Below, one piece after another: positions 20,704-30,444 of a stretch of DNA of 64,000 bases. The translations under genes and the position numbers were made by a program. The notes under the pieces were generated by a model. That model was not told the origin of the DNA. It worked only from the letters and a program-made list of their open reading frames with translations, and did no database searches. Location of the stretch: the IMG/VR virus record IMGVR_UViG_3300044623_001092; one strand, given 5' to 3'. This DNA is from a virus. The first letter of the stretch is position 1. Each line of letters opens with the position of its first letter.

Positions 20704-21243
20704 TTATGCGATAGTTGTTGTAGTTGTAGTAATTTGGTTAAAATTAGGTATTGTTGATTGTTCAAACTGTTCATCCATAAGTAACACCATAACATTTTTA
20801 ACACAACACATTACTTCCGCCTCCAAGACCTGGTATTCTTCAGCAATTGTTATGTCAAAAGTACCGTCACCATAATCAACGGTAAAACTAAGAGTGTCCT
20901 GACCCCCACTTATATTTGGAATAATTAAGGTTTCATTTTGAACACCTGTTTGGGGGGTACAAATCATCATATTCCAAAAAACCAAATATTTTTTATGATA
21001 ATCCAAATAACACACTTCCCAAAAATCAATATAAATTTTCTGTTCGAACTCAGGCTCACATGGTTCTCCAGAAATACAAACAGATGTCACATCAATATAA
21101 TTACTAAACGACTTAAAAAACGCATTTTTAGTTTCGGTTGCGGTAGTATACATGTTTTCCCAAGTTGAGCAATCCGATTCAGTTGTTCCTGTTCCGAATA
21201 TCCCTAAGTTAATATAATCACAATTATCGTAAAAAAATGCCAT
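20704..21243 (-). CDS. hypothetical protein with C-terminal Thr tract
   Basis: 179 aa, acidic and Cys-containing, ends ITTTTTTIA. Confidence 0.65.
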   Translation of the reverse strand: MAFFYDNCDYINLGIFGTGTTESDCSTWENMYTTATETKNAFFKSFSNYIDVTSVCISGEPCEPEFEQKIYIDFWEVCYLDYHKKYLVFWNMMICTPQTGVQNETLIIPNISGGQDTLSFTVDYGDGTFDITIAEEYQVLEAEVMCCVKNVMVLLMDEQFEQSTIPNFNQITTTTTTIA

Positions 21244-21254
21244 ACATAATAAAA

Positions 21255-24146
21255 TTAAAATTTATATTTAAATATTTGATATAATGGTGCGTGAAATGTC
21301 GCCCAAGTAAATGGTTTCCAAGCAAGTAACAATTCATTTAATGCTTTAAAATAAGCTTGAGATTGACTTCTTTGTGCAAAATCACAATCCTCAATATCAG
21401 GATAACCAATTATCACAGTACCATAAGGTGTCCAAGTATTAGTATTTGGGTCCCACTGATAAAAAAGATTATCATCTATAACAAAACAAAACGTACCAAA
21501 GTTGCTAGTTAACGGTAAATCACCATATGATTGTACCTCAGTCAAATATACTATATCAAAATCATATTGAGGCCCGATAAGACCTTCATCAGCAAATATT
21601 TTTTTACAACTACATCCTTGTAATACGTTAAATTTATACCAACCAATATTATTTTGTCCATAATCATAAAAATCAAATTCTTCGGCCGATGGTGGTAATA
21701 CAACCGTTAAATTTTCCGCGGCAGTTATAAGACCGTAAGTAAGGTATCCATTATACTCATTTTGATATTTAAGGTAAGCCATTCTAATTTGTTGGAATTG
21801 TTGTTCAACACCAGGAATTACACCTTGACAATCGTTAGGATTATAAAAAGGTAATTCAGTACATCTACTAGGGATGAAATCCGAATCACTTAGGTAATCC
21901 GCCCCAAAATAATTCCAAGTTATCGGAGAAATAACTTTAGTATCAGTAGTTTCACAATATTCATTAGTTATTTCACAATTTATCGGTATAAATTCAGGAG
22001 TATAACATCCTGTACACAATTCACATGATATATCATAATATATAACCATATTAATCACAACATCAGCGTCATTTAACGATACTATACTATTACAATCGGT
22101 TGTTATAGTCATTTTATTTTCTTCAACATCGAAGGTAACCGAAGCTATCCCATCATAACTAAGTAACATAGACTCAATAACATCATCCCACTCATTCACC
22201 GTTGGATATTCATTTAATGTAGTTCCTGTATAAAATTCTTGGGTTGTCGTCACACCACTAACGGTTACTGAAGCTTCAAATATAGATTGATTTAAAACAC
22301 AATTAAATTCATTTAGAGTCAACTCATAAAACCCTTCCAATAACATTTGTTTAGGTCCTTTAGTTAATAACTCACCATAATTAGATAAATCAGAGTCACA
22401 CACATTATAAACTTGATATGACGATACAAATACATTACCATCAATAGTTACCGTTCTAATTTTCTCACAATCATTACTATCAACAACCTTTAATGTGTAA
22501 GTTCCCGCAGATAAATTATTAACAGTCATACCTGTTTGACCATTTACGTTTGAACTCCACGTTAACACGAATGGTGGTATTCCACTCGTTATTAGTGCGG
22601 TAATGGTCCCATTATTACCAACCGTTGAATCAGTTGACGTTAATATAAAATCAACCCCACTAGATATGTTTACACTATCAACAATTGTTTGAGTACAACC
22701 ATTGTTATCCGTTACGTCAACACTATGAATTCCAGAAGATAAATTGGTGAAGGTATGGGAAGTTAATGAAGTAATTACTATTTCATCCCCATCTAAAGTA
22801 TAGGTATAATTAGGTGAACCTCCCGATATTATAACCTCAAAAACACCGTTATCATTACCACATGTTGTTCCTGTAACGTTTGAAGATAAATTAAACGTAT
22901 TATCATTTTCAATAGTAAATGAATTGGTATAGTCACAAGGCCCATTATCAGTAATGGATATGGTATAATCACCATAGGTCAAATTATTAAACGTCCATGT
23001 GGTACTTGGAAGTGTTTGGGTTGTTGTTGTACCTCCAACTTTAGTTAGTGTATAAACATATGGAGGTGAACCACCATTTAAATTCATTGTCACAAAACCC
23101 GAAGACCCACAAACAGAAGGTGAATACGAAAAAGACACCACCGAGAATCCACCTGGAGTTAATAAAGTAGCAATTCCCGACGCGGTACATAGACCTGAAT
23201 CCGTAATTAAAATATTATAATTACCACTTGAGACATTTGTAAATGTATATTCAGCGTCAAAAGTAAAATAATTACCAATTGATGATGCTGAAAAGTTATA
23301 AGGTGCGGTACCACCCGTTACCACAACTGTAATTTCACCATCAGAACTATAACAAGATGGGTCAGTAGTTAATATTGTTGCAATTCCAAGTGGGGGCACT
23401 TGACTAACCAAAGTCGTCTTACTAACAGAACAACCTGTATTATCCGTTACCGTAACATTGTATCCACCTGTTGTTAAACCTGTTAATGTTGAACCTGTAG
23501 TTCCATTTGACCATAAATAAGTGTAAGGTGGGTTACCCGTTAAACCCGTGATAAAAATTTTACCTGAATTAACCGCACAACCCGCATCATTAACCACATA
23601 AAATCCATAGTCAACTGTATTTGAGTCTTGTATAATAATCGTTTCACTTTTACCCGTACAACCACCACCATCATCAGCAACAACATAATAAGTACTAGCA
23701 GATAAATTAGTGAACTCGAAAGTCTCATACGTAGTTAATGCCGAAGTTATAAAACCATTATCGTAGTCGTATAAGTAAAATATCGCATTCCCAAACATAT
23801 TCGTAGTTGTTGCAGTAACACTACCGTTATCATTACCACATAAAGTATTAGTAAACCCATCCACTGAAACACAAGTACCACTTGATATATAAACGTTAAC
23901 AGGTATTACTGTATTTATTGGGTTACAACTATCAATAATTGTAAATGAATATGTGGATGCCGATAAGTCAGTTACCGTATATTCAGTAACACCTACACCT
24001 AACGCTATCGTACCATAAGAAGAAGGTGTTAACCATTGTATAGTATAATCAGGAGCAGTCCCCGTAATTTCGATAGTAAACGCCCCGCTATTAGTATTCG
24101 AACAATCACCTGTAATACTTAAACTATATGAAAGAGGACAAGCCAT
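21255..24146 (-). CDS. multi-SprB-repeat putative virion adhesin/fibre protein
   Basis: About 7 repeats of C....G.I.....GG..PY.Y.W.......NL..G.Y...V.D..GC. Confidence 0.8.
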   Translation of the reverse strand: MACPLSYSLSITGDCSNTNSGAFTIEITGTAPDYTIQWLTPSSYGTIALGVGVTEYTVTDLSASTYSFTIIDSCNPINTVIPVNVYISSGTCVSVDGFTNTLCGNDNGSVTATTTNMFGNAIFYLYDYDNGFITSALTTYETFEFTNLSASTYYVVADDGGGCTGKSETIIIQDSNTVDYGFYVVNDAGCAVNSGKIFITGLTGNPPYTYLWSNGTTGSTLTGLTTGGYNVTVTDNTGCSVSKTTLVSQVPPLGIATILTTDPSCYSSDGEITVVVTGGTAPYNFSASSIGNYFTFDAEYTFTNVSSGNYNILITDSGLCTASGIATLLTPGGFSVVSFSYSPSVCGSSGFVTMNLNGGSPPYVYTLTKVGGTTTTQTLPSTTWTFNNLTYGDYTISITDNGPCDYTNSFTIENDNTFNLSSNVTGTTCGNDNGVFEVIISGGSPNYTYTLDGDEIVITSLTSHTFTNLSSGIHSVDVTDNNGCTQTIVDSVNISSGVDFILTSTDSTVGNNGTITALITSGIPPFVLTWSSNVNGQTGMTVNNLSAGTYTLKVVDSNDCEKIRTVTIDGNVFVSSYQVYNVCDSDLSNYGELLTKGPKQMLLEGFYELTLNEFNCVLNQSIFEASVTVSGVTTTQEFYTGTTLNEYPTVNEWDDVIESMLLSYDGIASVTFDVEENKMTITTDCNSIVSLNDADVVINMVIYYDISCELCTGCYTPEFIPINCEITNEYCETTDTKVISPITWNYFGADYLSDSDFIPSRCTELPFYNPNDCQGVIPGVEQQFQQIRMAYLKYQNEYNGYLTYGLITAAENLTVVLPPSAEEFDFYDYGQNNIGWYKFNVLQGCSCKKIFADEGLIGPQYDFDIVYLTEVQSYGDLPLTSNFGTFCFVIDDNLFYQWDPNTNTWTPYGTVIIGYPDIEDCDFAQRSQSQAYFKALNELLLAWKPFTWATFHAPLYQIFKYKF

Positions 24147-27100
24147 TAATTACATAAAATATTAAAATTTATTCCGACATTAATTTTTAAATTAACCCCA
24201 TTATCATTTTCTGAACATATATTATTAAATATTATCACAGTGTCGTTACCTGTGAAATTATAATCATATCCATACACTTTCAATTCATCAAAAGCGGTTT
24301 CCAAAGCAATGTCCCACCCAGTGTTGGTTGTTGGGTAACTTAGATTTGGTATTGTTAAACCAACCCCTGTAAAGAACGGTATTTGTATAATCATAATATC
24401 ATTTATTCTGATATCAACAAACCAACTTGAATTCAATGAATTTATAACACAGTCATTTAACGTAAAACCATTTTCACTTAAATATTGGTTTAATAAGTAA
24501 CTTAAAACACCACTATATTGTTGTATTCTTGGACTAGTATCCCATGGATAAACAGGACATTCTGTTGATTGTACAGGACAATCAATAGGGAATATACTTG
24601 TTGTTAATGTACAAGGTTTACAAGGTACAGGAACAATTTCACAACCTCTTTGTCTTCTCCAAACAAATTTTTGTCTATGGAAAATTGAATTTTCATACTT
24701 AACACCTGTATTCCATATTGTAGATGCTGGTATCATTTGTTCTACCAATCTCACCCAATAACTACCCATACCATTAACGTATTCAATCATTTTTTGGTAT
24801 GAAAAATTATCATTAGAAACACCAATAGCATTTTGAGATTCTAAATACTTCCAAAATATCGAACCTAAAGTTGGATATCCACCTACTTTACTACCACTAA
24901 ACTGTCTATCCCTAACATTAATCATATTCAACCAAAACGTTTGTGCAAATTCGAAAAATGTTTGTGTTTTTGGTTGTGGATTTATTTCAGTCCAATCAAC
25001 CCCACCTTTACTTGGATAGATATTTTTAGGTATAACATTATAAAATTGTGTTGGTAATACAGTTGGTGACGGTACTGTTAAGAACTCAGGATTAACCGCA
25101 ACACCATAAGTAATCGCATTAGGACCAATAACAATATTACTAAAAAGACTAGTTAATGTTAAATCAGCAAAATTGTCAGGTACTTTTATTTCAGTACTAC
25201 CTGTAAATGACCCTGAACTAATAGTTACACCCGTTGATATTTCTAAATCAGGTCCTGAAACCTTACCTAAAGTATTTTTAAAATCTATTCTAATGTCAAA
25301 ATCTTTTGATACATTTGAAGTAACGTTAAATGTCGCTTTTACTGACCCAGGTTCATATGTCGCTGATAGATTTAAGGTAATAGTTGTTGATGGAATATAA
25401 TTCATTCCTTGATTCGGAATCGGATAATTATATTGTCTCGACATATACCAAATATCATATGCAATCCCTTGTCCAGGATTTAAAAATAAATCAACGTTTT
25501 TAACATTTAAAACTAATTTATCATTAGTTGTATAATATCTAGCATTATATTTACCATCCAAGTTACTTCTTAAACCAACTTCTTTATCAGTCCAACTTTT
25601 ATTATTATCAACATTAATTTTTAATTTATACCCAAGTTTCATAAATGGGAACTTACGGAATCTATCTAAATAATCTTGACCATAAGCATATGGTTTTAAT
25701 GAAGTTTGGAAACTAGGATTTGCCCCTGTAAAAACACTTGTGGTTAAATTAACTTGTTCAGGAGCCCTATGTTCAGGTGTTTGTTCAAACCACCCACTTC
25801 CCGATTGAAAGAAATAAGTTTCAGTGTCTTCGGGTGCTGACGGGTAACCAAAATCATCCATCGGATATTCATCTCTAGTTATATTAACGTCTTGTAATGA
25901 GTTTTGTGTTGTAAACCCTGTGTATGTATTCCCCATGATAGAGAATATATATGTGGAGTCCAAAACAGGTGTATCCTGTACATAAGTACCTCCTGATATT
26001 GACGTAAAATTACTATTGAACTGTTTTAAATTAATTTTTTGGTCGGCAAGATATACGTGTTCATTAAATTCAACTAATGCCTCAGGAGCACCTATTAACG
26101 ACATCAAAGTCTCAATTGATTTTCTAGTTCCTTTAGACTTAAACAAATAAGCAGAATTTAAGACTAAATTTCTATAATATTGGTAATTTAATTCATCGGG
26201 TGTTAATACCGAATTAATGCCACTAAATGCCGATTTTTGAGCGTTTTTATCGCCAAATACTGAACTCAATAATTCTTCGTTAGATATTGGGGATATATTT
26301 GTTTTCCAACCTAATGTTTGGGCCAAATTCTTTAATAATTGTGACGGTATATCATTCCCAACATTATAATTTACTGAGTTCACATACGCCAAAGCATCAA
26401 TGAATTTTTTAGTTTCATCAAAACTTCTACCATATACTTGTAATACTTTTTGAACTTTTTGACCTGTAGTATCAAACTCATTAAACGCACCCGTAGTTAA
26501 AAATCTTGAGATTAAGTCAGTTTTATATCCATCAAAACTAACACTAATCTCGTTAAGTTGACTTAAATAATTTGTGAATGACCCAGTGATAATATCAATG
26601 TTCCAAATAGAATTAATTGGCCATGTTACAGTTTTAAACCCTGTATAATACGTCCCATCTTCAGATGACATTGGTATATTAAAAGTTGCTGAATATTTTG
26701 GTGTGACATTTCTATTTAATAAGAAATTTTCCACTTGGTCCAACTTTTCATTAAATACTTTATTAACCTCAAAATCATTAGGTCTAACAACTAATGAGTC
26801 ATAACTAACACCATTCCCATTAAATGGATTACCTTCAACAACCAATGTTAATATCCCACTAACCAATGATTGTGTTGGTGTTATTCTTAGTAATGAATAA
26901 CCTTCACCATTAATGTATAAAGAATACTTGGCGTATTCCACCGTCATATTTCTTAATTGTGATACAGGTATTTCCCTTAATTCTAAATTTCTAGTTGCAT
27001 TAACCGTAAAATCAATACCGAATGGATTTCTAAGTTTAACGATGTTTAATTCGAAAGTTGTAACATCTTGAACACTATCGTAAACAATATTTAATGCCGT

Positions 27101-27505
27101 TGCACCTGTTGTATAATCAGGTGCATACACTGTAGATTCAATCGCACCAGGATAATAATTAATAATATTTTCAACCGAAGCCGAAATTCTCTTAACCATC
27201 GAACCATAGAGGTTGAAATTGGTAATTTGTGATAAATCAAAATTTGGATAAACTTTAAAATTATTCTCAAAAATTGCTTTAGATTGTTCAACGGTATCAA
27301 TCCCCAAACCTTGTAGGTTTATCGGGTTAGAAAATACCCCTGTCGTAAAGGTTCTATTAACTTTTTCAGTAACGGATTCTGTAAATTCAAAATTACCTTG
27401 CGTTAACCCACCTCCTTGCACTAATTGGAATCCAACCAAATCATCGGAAAAGGTTCCTGACCCTGCGGCACTTTGTGGTGGACAAGTATATTTTTTAATC
27501 GCCAT
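24146..27505 (-). CDS. baseplate wedge protein, gp7/P2 gpI-like
   Basis: PSQLLKNLAQTLGW...YYRNLVLNSAYLFKSKGTRKSIE.LM.LIG motif. Confidence 0.65.
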   Translation of the reverse strand: MAIKKYTCPPQSAAGSGTFSDDLVGFQLVQGGGLTQGNFEFTESVTEKVNRTFTTGVFSNPINLQGLGIDTVEQSKAIFENNFKVYPNFDLSQITNFNLYGSMVKRISASVENIINYYPGAIESTVYAPDYTTGATALNIVYDSVQDVTTFELNIVKLRNPFGIDFTVNATRNLELREIPVSQLRNMTVEYAKYSLYINGEGYSLLRITPTQSLVSGILTLVVEGNPFNGNGVSYDSLVVRPNDFEVNKVFNEKLDQVENFLLNRNVTPKYSATFNIPMSSEDGTYYTGFKTVTWPINSIWNIDIITGSFTNYLSQLNEISVSFDGYKTDLISRFLTTGAFNEFDTTGQKVQKVLQVYGRSFDETKKFIDALAYVNSVNYNVGNDIPSQLLKNLAQTLGWKTNISPISNEELLSSVFGDKNAQKSAFSGINSVLTPDELNYQYYRNLVLNSAYLFKSKGTRKSIETLMSLIGAPEALVEFNEHVYLADQKINLKQFNSNFTSISGGTYVQDTPVLDSTYIFSIMGNTYTGFTTQNSLQDVNITRDEYPMDDFGYPSAPEDTETYFFQSGSGWFEQTPEHRAPEQVNLTTSVFTGANPSFQTSLKPYAYGQDYLDRFRKFPFMKLGYKLKINVDNNKSWTDKEVGLRSNLDGKYNARYYTTNDKLVLNVKNVDLFLNPGQGIAYDIWYMSRQYNYPIPNQGMNYIPSTTITLNLSATYEPGSVKATFNVTSNVSKDFDIRIDFKNTLGKVSGPDLEISTGVTISSGSFTGSTEIKVPDNFADLTLTSLFSNIVIGPNAITYGVAVNPEFLTVPSPTVLPTQFYNVIPKNIYPSKGGVDWTEINPQPKTQTFFEFAQTFWLNMINVRDRQFSGSKVGGYPTLGSIFWKYLESQNAIGVSNDNFSYQKMIEYVNGMGSYWVRLVEQMIPASTIWNTGVKYENSIFHRQKFVWRRQRGCEIVPVPCKPCTLTTSIFPIDCPVQSTECPVYPWDTSPRIQQYSGVLSYLLNQYLSENGFTLNDCVINSLNSSWFVDIRINDIMIIQIPFFTGVGLTIPNLSYPTTNTGWDIALETAFDELKVYGYDYNFTGNDTVIIFNNICSENDNGVNLKINVGINFNILCN

Positions 27506-28413
27506 TATTGTGTTATATTTGTAAAGTTTTTACTAAAATCAATGTTATTACCTCTATCTTGTCTAACTTCATATAATAATGAATTAAATTGGTCTCTGAT
27601 TTCGTAAAGGTTATATTGTTTGTAGATATTATTGTTAGTATCATAAAGAGTGTAAATACCATCATCCATTGACTTAGTTTGATTACCATATAGAGCAATT
27701 GCCAATGTTGAGAAATCATGTTCGGCCAATTCAATATCCAAAGTAATCGGGTTGAAAAAGGTATTAGTTATAATTATATCTTGGTTAGGTTGACCAATAT
27801 ATGGTGTGGCATTTGGTTTATTTGTCGGAGCCGATGATGGTGATAACGTACAAAATAACAGGTTACTATTACTGTCAGTATATCTATACCTAATAGCCTT
27901 CTGAGAAGAGTTCGTAACATTTTGTACCACGGGCTCACAGAAAAATGATGAGGTAACTAATCTAAAAAAATTAGGTATCTTTGTACCATCAGAATTTAAG
28001 TATTCAATTCTAAAACCAACTAACCCTTGATTAACAAATTTATTTCGATAATTAGATGGTACCTCATTTAAATTAATTACAATACCTTTAACATTTGGAA
28101 GTGCTGATAAAACACCACAATCCATTATTTTTGTTCTAATTTGTGCAGGTCTAATATATAATGTATAAATCCCAATTTTATTAAATTGGTCCGCTGGTAA
28201 AGTTAAATTATATAACCCACCCAATATCTCAACATTAGCATTACCACCTGTATTCGCATTATTAAAATACGGTTTTAGTAATGATGATGCGTCTAACTTT
28301 TTTAATACAAAGTTGTCAGTTTCATCCCTTGATGGTGTATAATTTAAAATTATTTCAACATCTTCAGGAGATACATCCGCGGGTCTTATAGTACCATAGG
28401 TTCCTGTTGCCAT
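27505..28413 (-). CDS. hypothetical structural protein (302 aa)
   Basis: In the baseplate operon with TAATG coupling; no family recognised. Confidence 0.7.
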   Translation of the reverse strand: MATGTYGTIRPADVSPEDVEIILNYTPSRDETDNFVLKKLDASSLLKPYFNNANTGGNANVEILGGLYNLTLPADQFNKIGIYTLYIRPAQIRTKIMDCGVLSALPNVKGIVINLNEVPSNYRNKFVNQGLVGFRIEYLNSDGTKIPNFFRLVTSSFFCEPVVQNVTNSSQKAIRYRYTDSNSNLLFCTLSPSSAPTNKPNATPYIGQPNQDIIITNTFFNPITLDIELAEHDFSTLAIALYGNQTKSMDDGIYTLYDTNNNIYKQYNLYEIRDQFNSLLYEVRQDRGNNIDFSKNFTNITQ

Positions 28414-28438
28414 TCTATTATATTATCTTTTTTTTTAT

Positions 28439-29626
28439 TTAATAAGTTATGATATTGAAAAATCCGTAACCGTAATTAACTATTTCACCAATACTCCTAA
28501 CTTCATTCAATCTTTGTACTCTTTCGTAAGCACTAACTTTTCCTCTATCTATAAATACATCACTTTGTACTTCTGCATCATCAATAACATTTAATAATAC
28601 TTCATTTTTTGTTAAACCCGAACAAACCAACATATCTGACGTTATTCCCGATGATTGAACAACAAAAATTGTCGTACCATCAACATAATCATAGTAATCA
28701 ATATCATTAATTGTATAGGCGGTATACGTATTACCCAAATCAGGTCCCCAAAACGTACCTATATTACCTGAAGTACCCGTTATCGGAACACCTATTAAAA
28801 ATTTCTCAGCAAATAAATTAGCCTTTTTACCGTAGACTTCCAACCCATTAACATTTGACGTTGTATAACCCGTAATAATTATTGGTGATGATGAAACATC
28901 ATATACTTCTAAATCACAATTAGAGTCACCACTAAAAATATAATCATACATTATCGGAGTTCCCGACCAATTACCACCTGCAGGTACAAAATAAGCAGTA
29001 CCATTTGGATTTGTTATTGTCACATCCGAATATGGTACCGATATTTCTTTTTTTATAATATTGTACCCCCATGGACTCATACCTGACATACTTATCGTAT
29101 AGTCACCACTTGCAACGTATGTGTGGGTGTAATAATTAGGTGAAAAATTCGTTATTGTTTCCGTTATACCATCCCCCCAATCAACTTTATAATCTGAAAA
29201 TTGTAAGTAACTTAGAGATTGAATATCTGAGGTATTATAAAAATAATATTCATAAGGATTTAATGTGGTTGAGGAAAATAAAAAATTATTCACAACATCC
29301 TTTTGTAATACCGCCCCGTCAAACGTTGAATAATATCCAATGTCGATGCAAGTTTCACTTATAAAAATAGGGATAGTTAAACCCGTTAATAATGAATTAT
29401 ATTGTGTCGTACCCGTATTGTAAGTACCACCCGATAATACTTCAGTCATTGACGAATAAACAAATGTTTGACCCGTATAATTTTTTGTTACCGCACTTGT
29501 AAAAATATCACAACAAATTTCAACATCAAATTCCTCGTTATAAGAATTACCTGTATAGTCAATTAAAAATATATCACCATTAATTACTTCAGGAGATATT
29601 CTTACATTATATATTCTATCACTCAT
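28439..29626 (-). CDS. PKD-domain putative structural protein
   Basis: YKVDWGDG.TE........HTY..SGDYTISM PKD signature. Confidence 0.7.
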   Translation of the reverse strand: MSDRIYNVRISPEVINGDIFLIDYTGNSYNEEFDVEICCDIFTSAVTKNYTGQTFVYSSMTEVLSGGTYNTGTTQYNSLLTGLTIPIFISETCIDIGYYSTFDGAVLQKDVVNNFLFSSTTLNPYEYYFYNTSDIQSLSYLQFSDYKVDWGDGITETITNFSPNYYTHTYVASGDYTISMSGMSPWGYNIIKKEISVPYSDVTITNPNGTAYFVPAGGNWSGTPIMYDYIFSGDSNCDLEVYDVSSSPIIITGYTTSNVNGLEVYGKKANLFAEKFLIGVPITGTSGNIGTFWGPDLGNTYTAYTINDIDYYDYVDGTTIFVVQSSGITSDMLVCSGLTKNEVLLNVIDDAEVQSDVFIDRGKVSAYERVQRLNEVRSIGEIVNYGYGFFNIITY

Positions 29627-30444
29627 TATGGATTAACATATTCATACCATTTTATGGGAGTACCATTCCCGATTCGACTACCTAAGTAATTATAGATTTT
29701 GTAGGTTTTATCATTATAATCCAACACAACTTTATTATAAAAAAAGTTTTCATTGTTAAATAAAAATTTATTAGGTAACGATGATTGAGGTACCGTCATC
29801 ATTCTAACATACACACCTTGTTTAGCGTCAAAAAATTTAATTGACACATAAAATGTATCAAGATTTATTATTTTTCTTGATTTTAACCAATAATAGAAAA
29901 ACCCATCCATGTTAATGGAATTTTCACCAGGTGATGTTATATAGTCAAATAAATAATTAGGTTTTTTGATTATTACATTTTTTAAACTTATCGACATATC
30001 AACAGTTTCATATAAACCACTATATGATGGGATTATAACCGTAAAATAATTAGTTTGTTTAGTCCCGTCATTAGAATCGTAAAAATCCAATTTAAAAAAT
30101 GATTTTTTAAATGGTTTAGTTAAACCATAAATTTCTTCTTTAGTAAATCCTTCACTTATATAACTATTGGTCCAATCATTAATTGTTGACGCAGTAACGT
30201 TACTAGTTAACCCCGAATAAAAATTAAATTCGTAATTTAAAACTGTTTTATTACCTGATTTGTATGGTGAATGAGCAAATCTAATTACCTCAAAATCGTC
30301 AGGTATTCCCGACACTATTTTAATAACCTCATCTTGATATACTTCAATACTATCATCTCTACCCAAAAAATCCCACTGAATTTCAATAGGTATTGTTATA
30401 TTTTGATTAGTACCTGGTACCGTAAATTTATATTTATTATTCAC
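29626..30444 (-). CDS. hypothetical structural protein
   Basis: ORF in the baseplate operon; likely GTG start at 30444 overlapping the upstream stop (track start 30468). Confidence 0.7.
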   Translation of the reverse strand: MNNKYKFTVPGTNQNITIPIEIQWDFLGRDDSIEVYQDEVIKIVSGIPDDFEVIRFAHSPYKSGNKTVLNYEFNFYSGLTSNVTASTINDWTNSYISEGFTKEEIYGLTKPFKKSFFKLDFYDSNDGTKQTNYFTVIIPSYSGLYETVDMSISLKNVIIKKPNYLFDYITSPGENSINMDGFFYYWLKSRKIINLDTFYVSIKFFDAKQGVYVRMMTVPQSSLPNKFLFNNENFFYNKVVLDYNDKTYKIYNYLGSRIGNGTPIKWYEYVNP

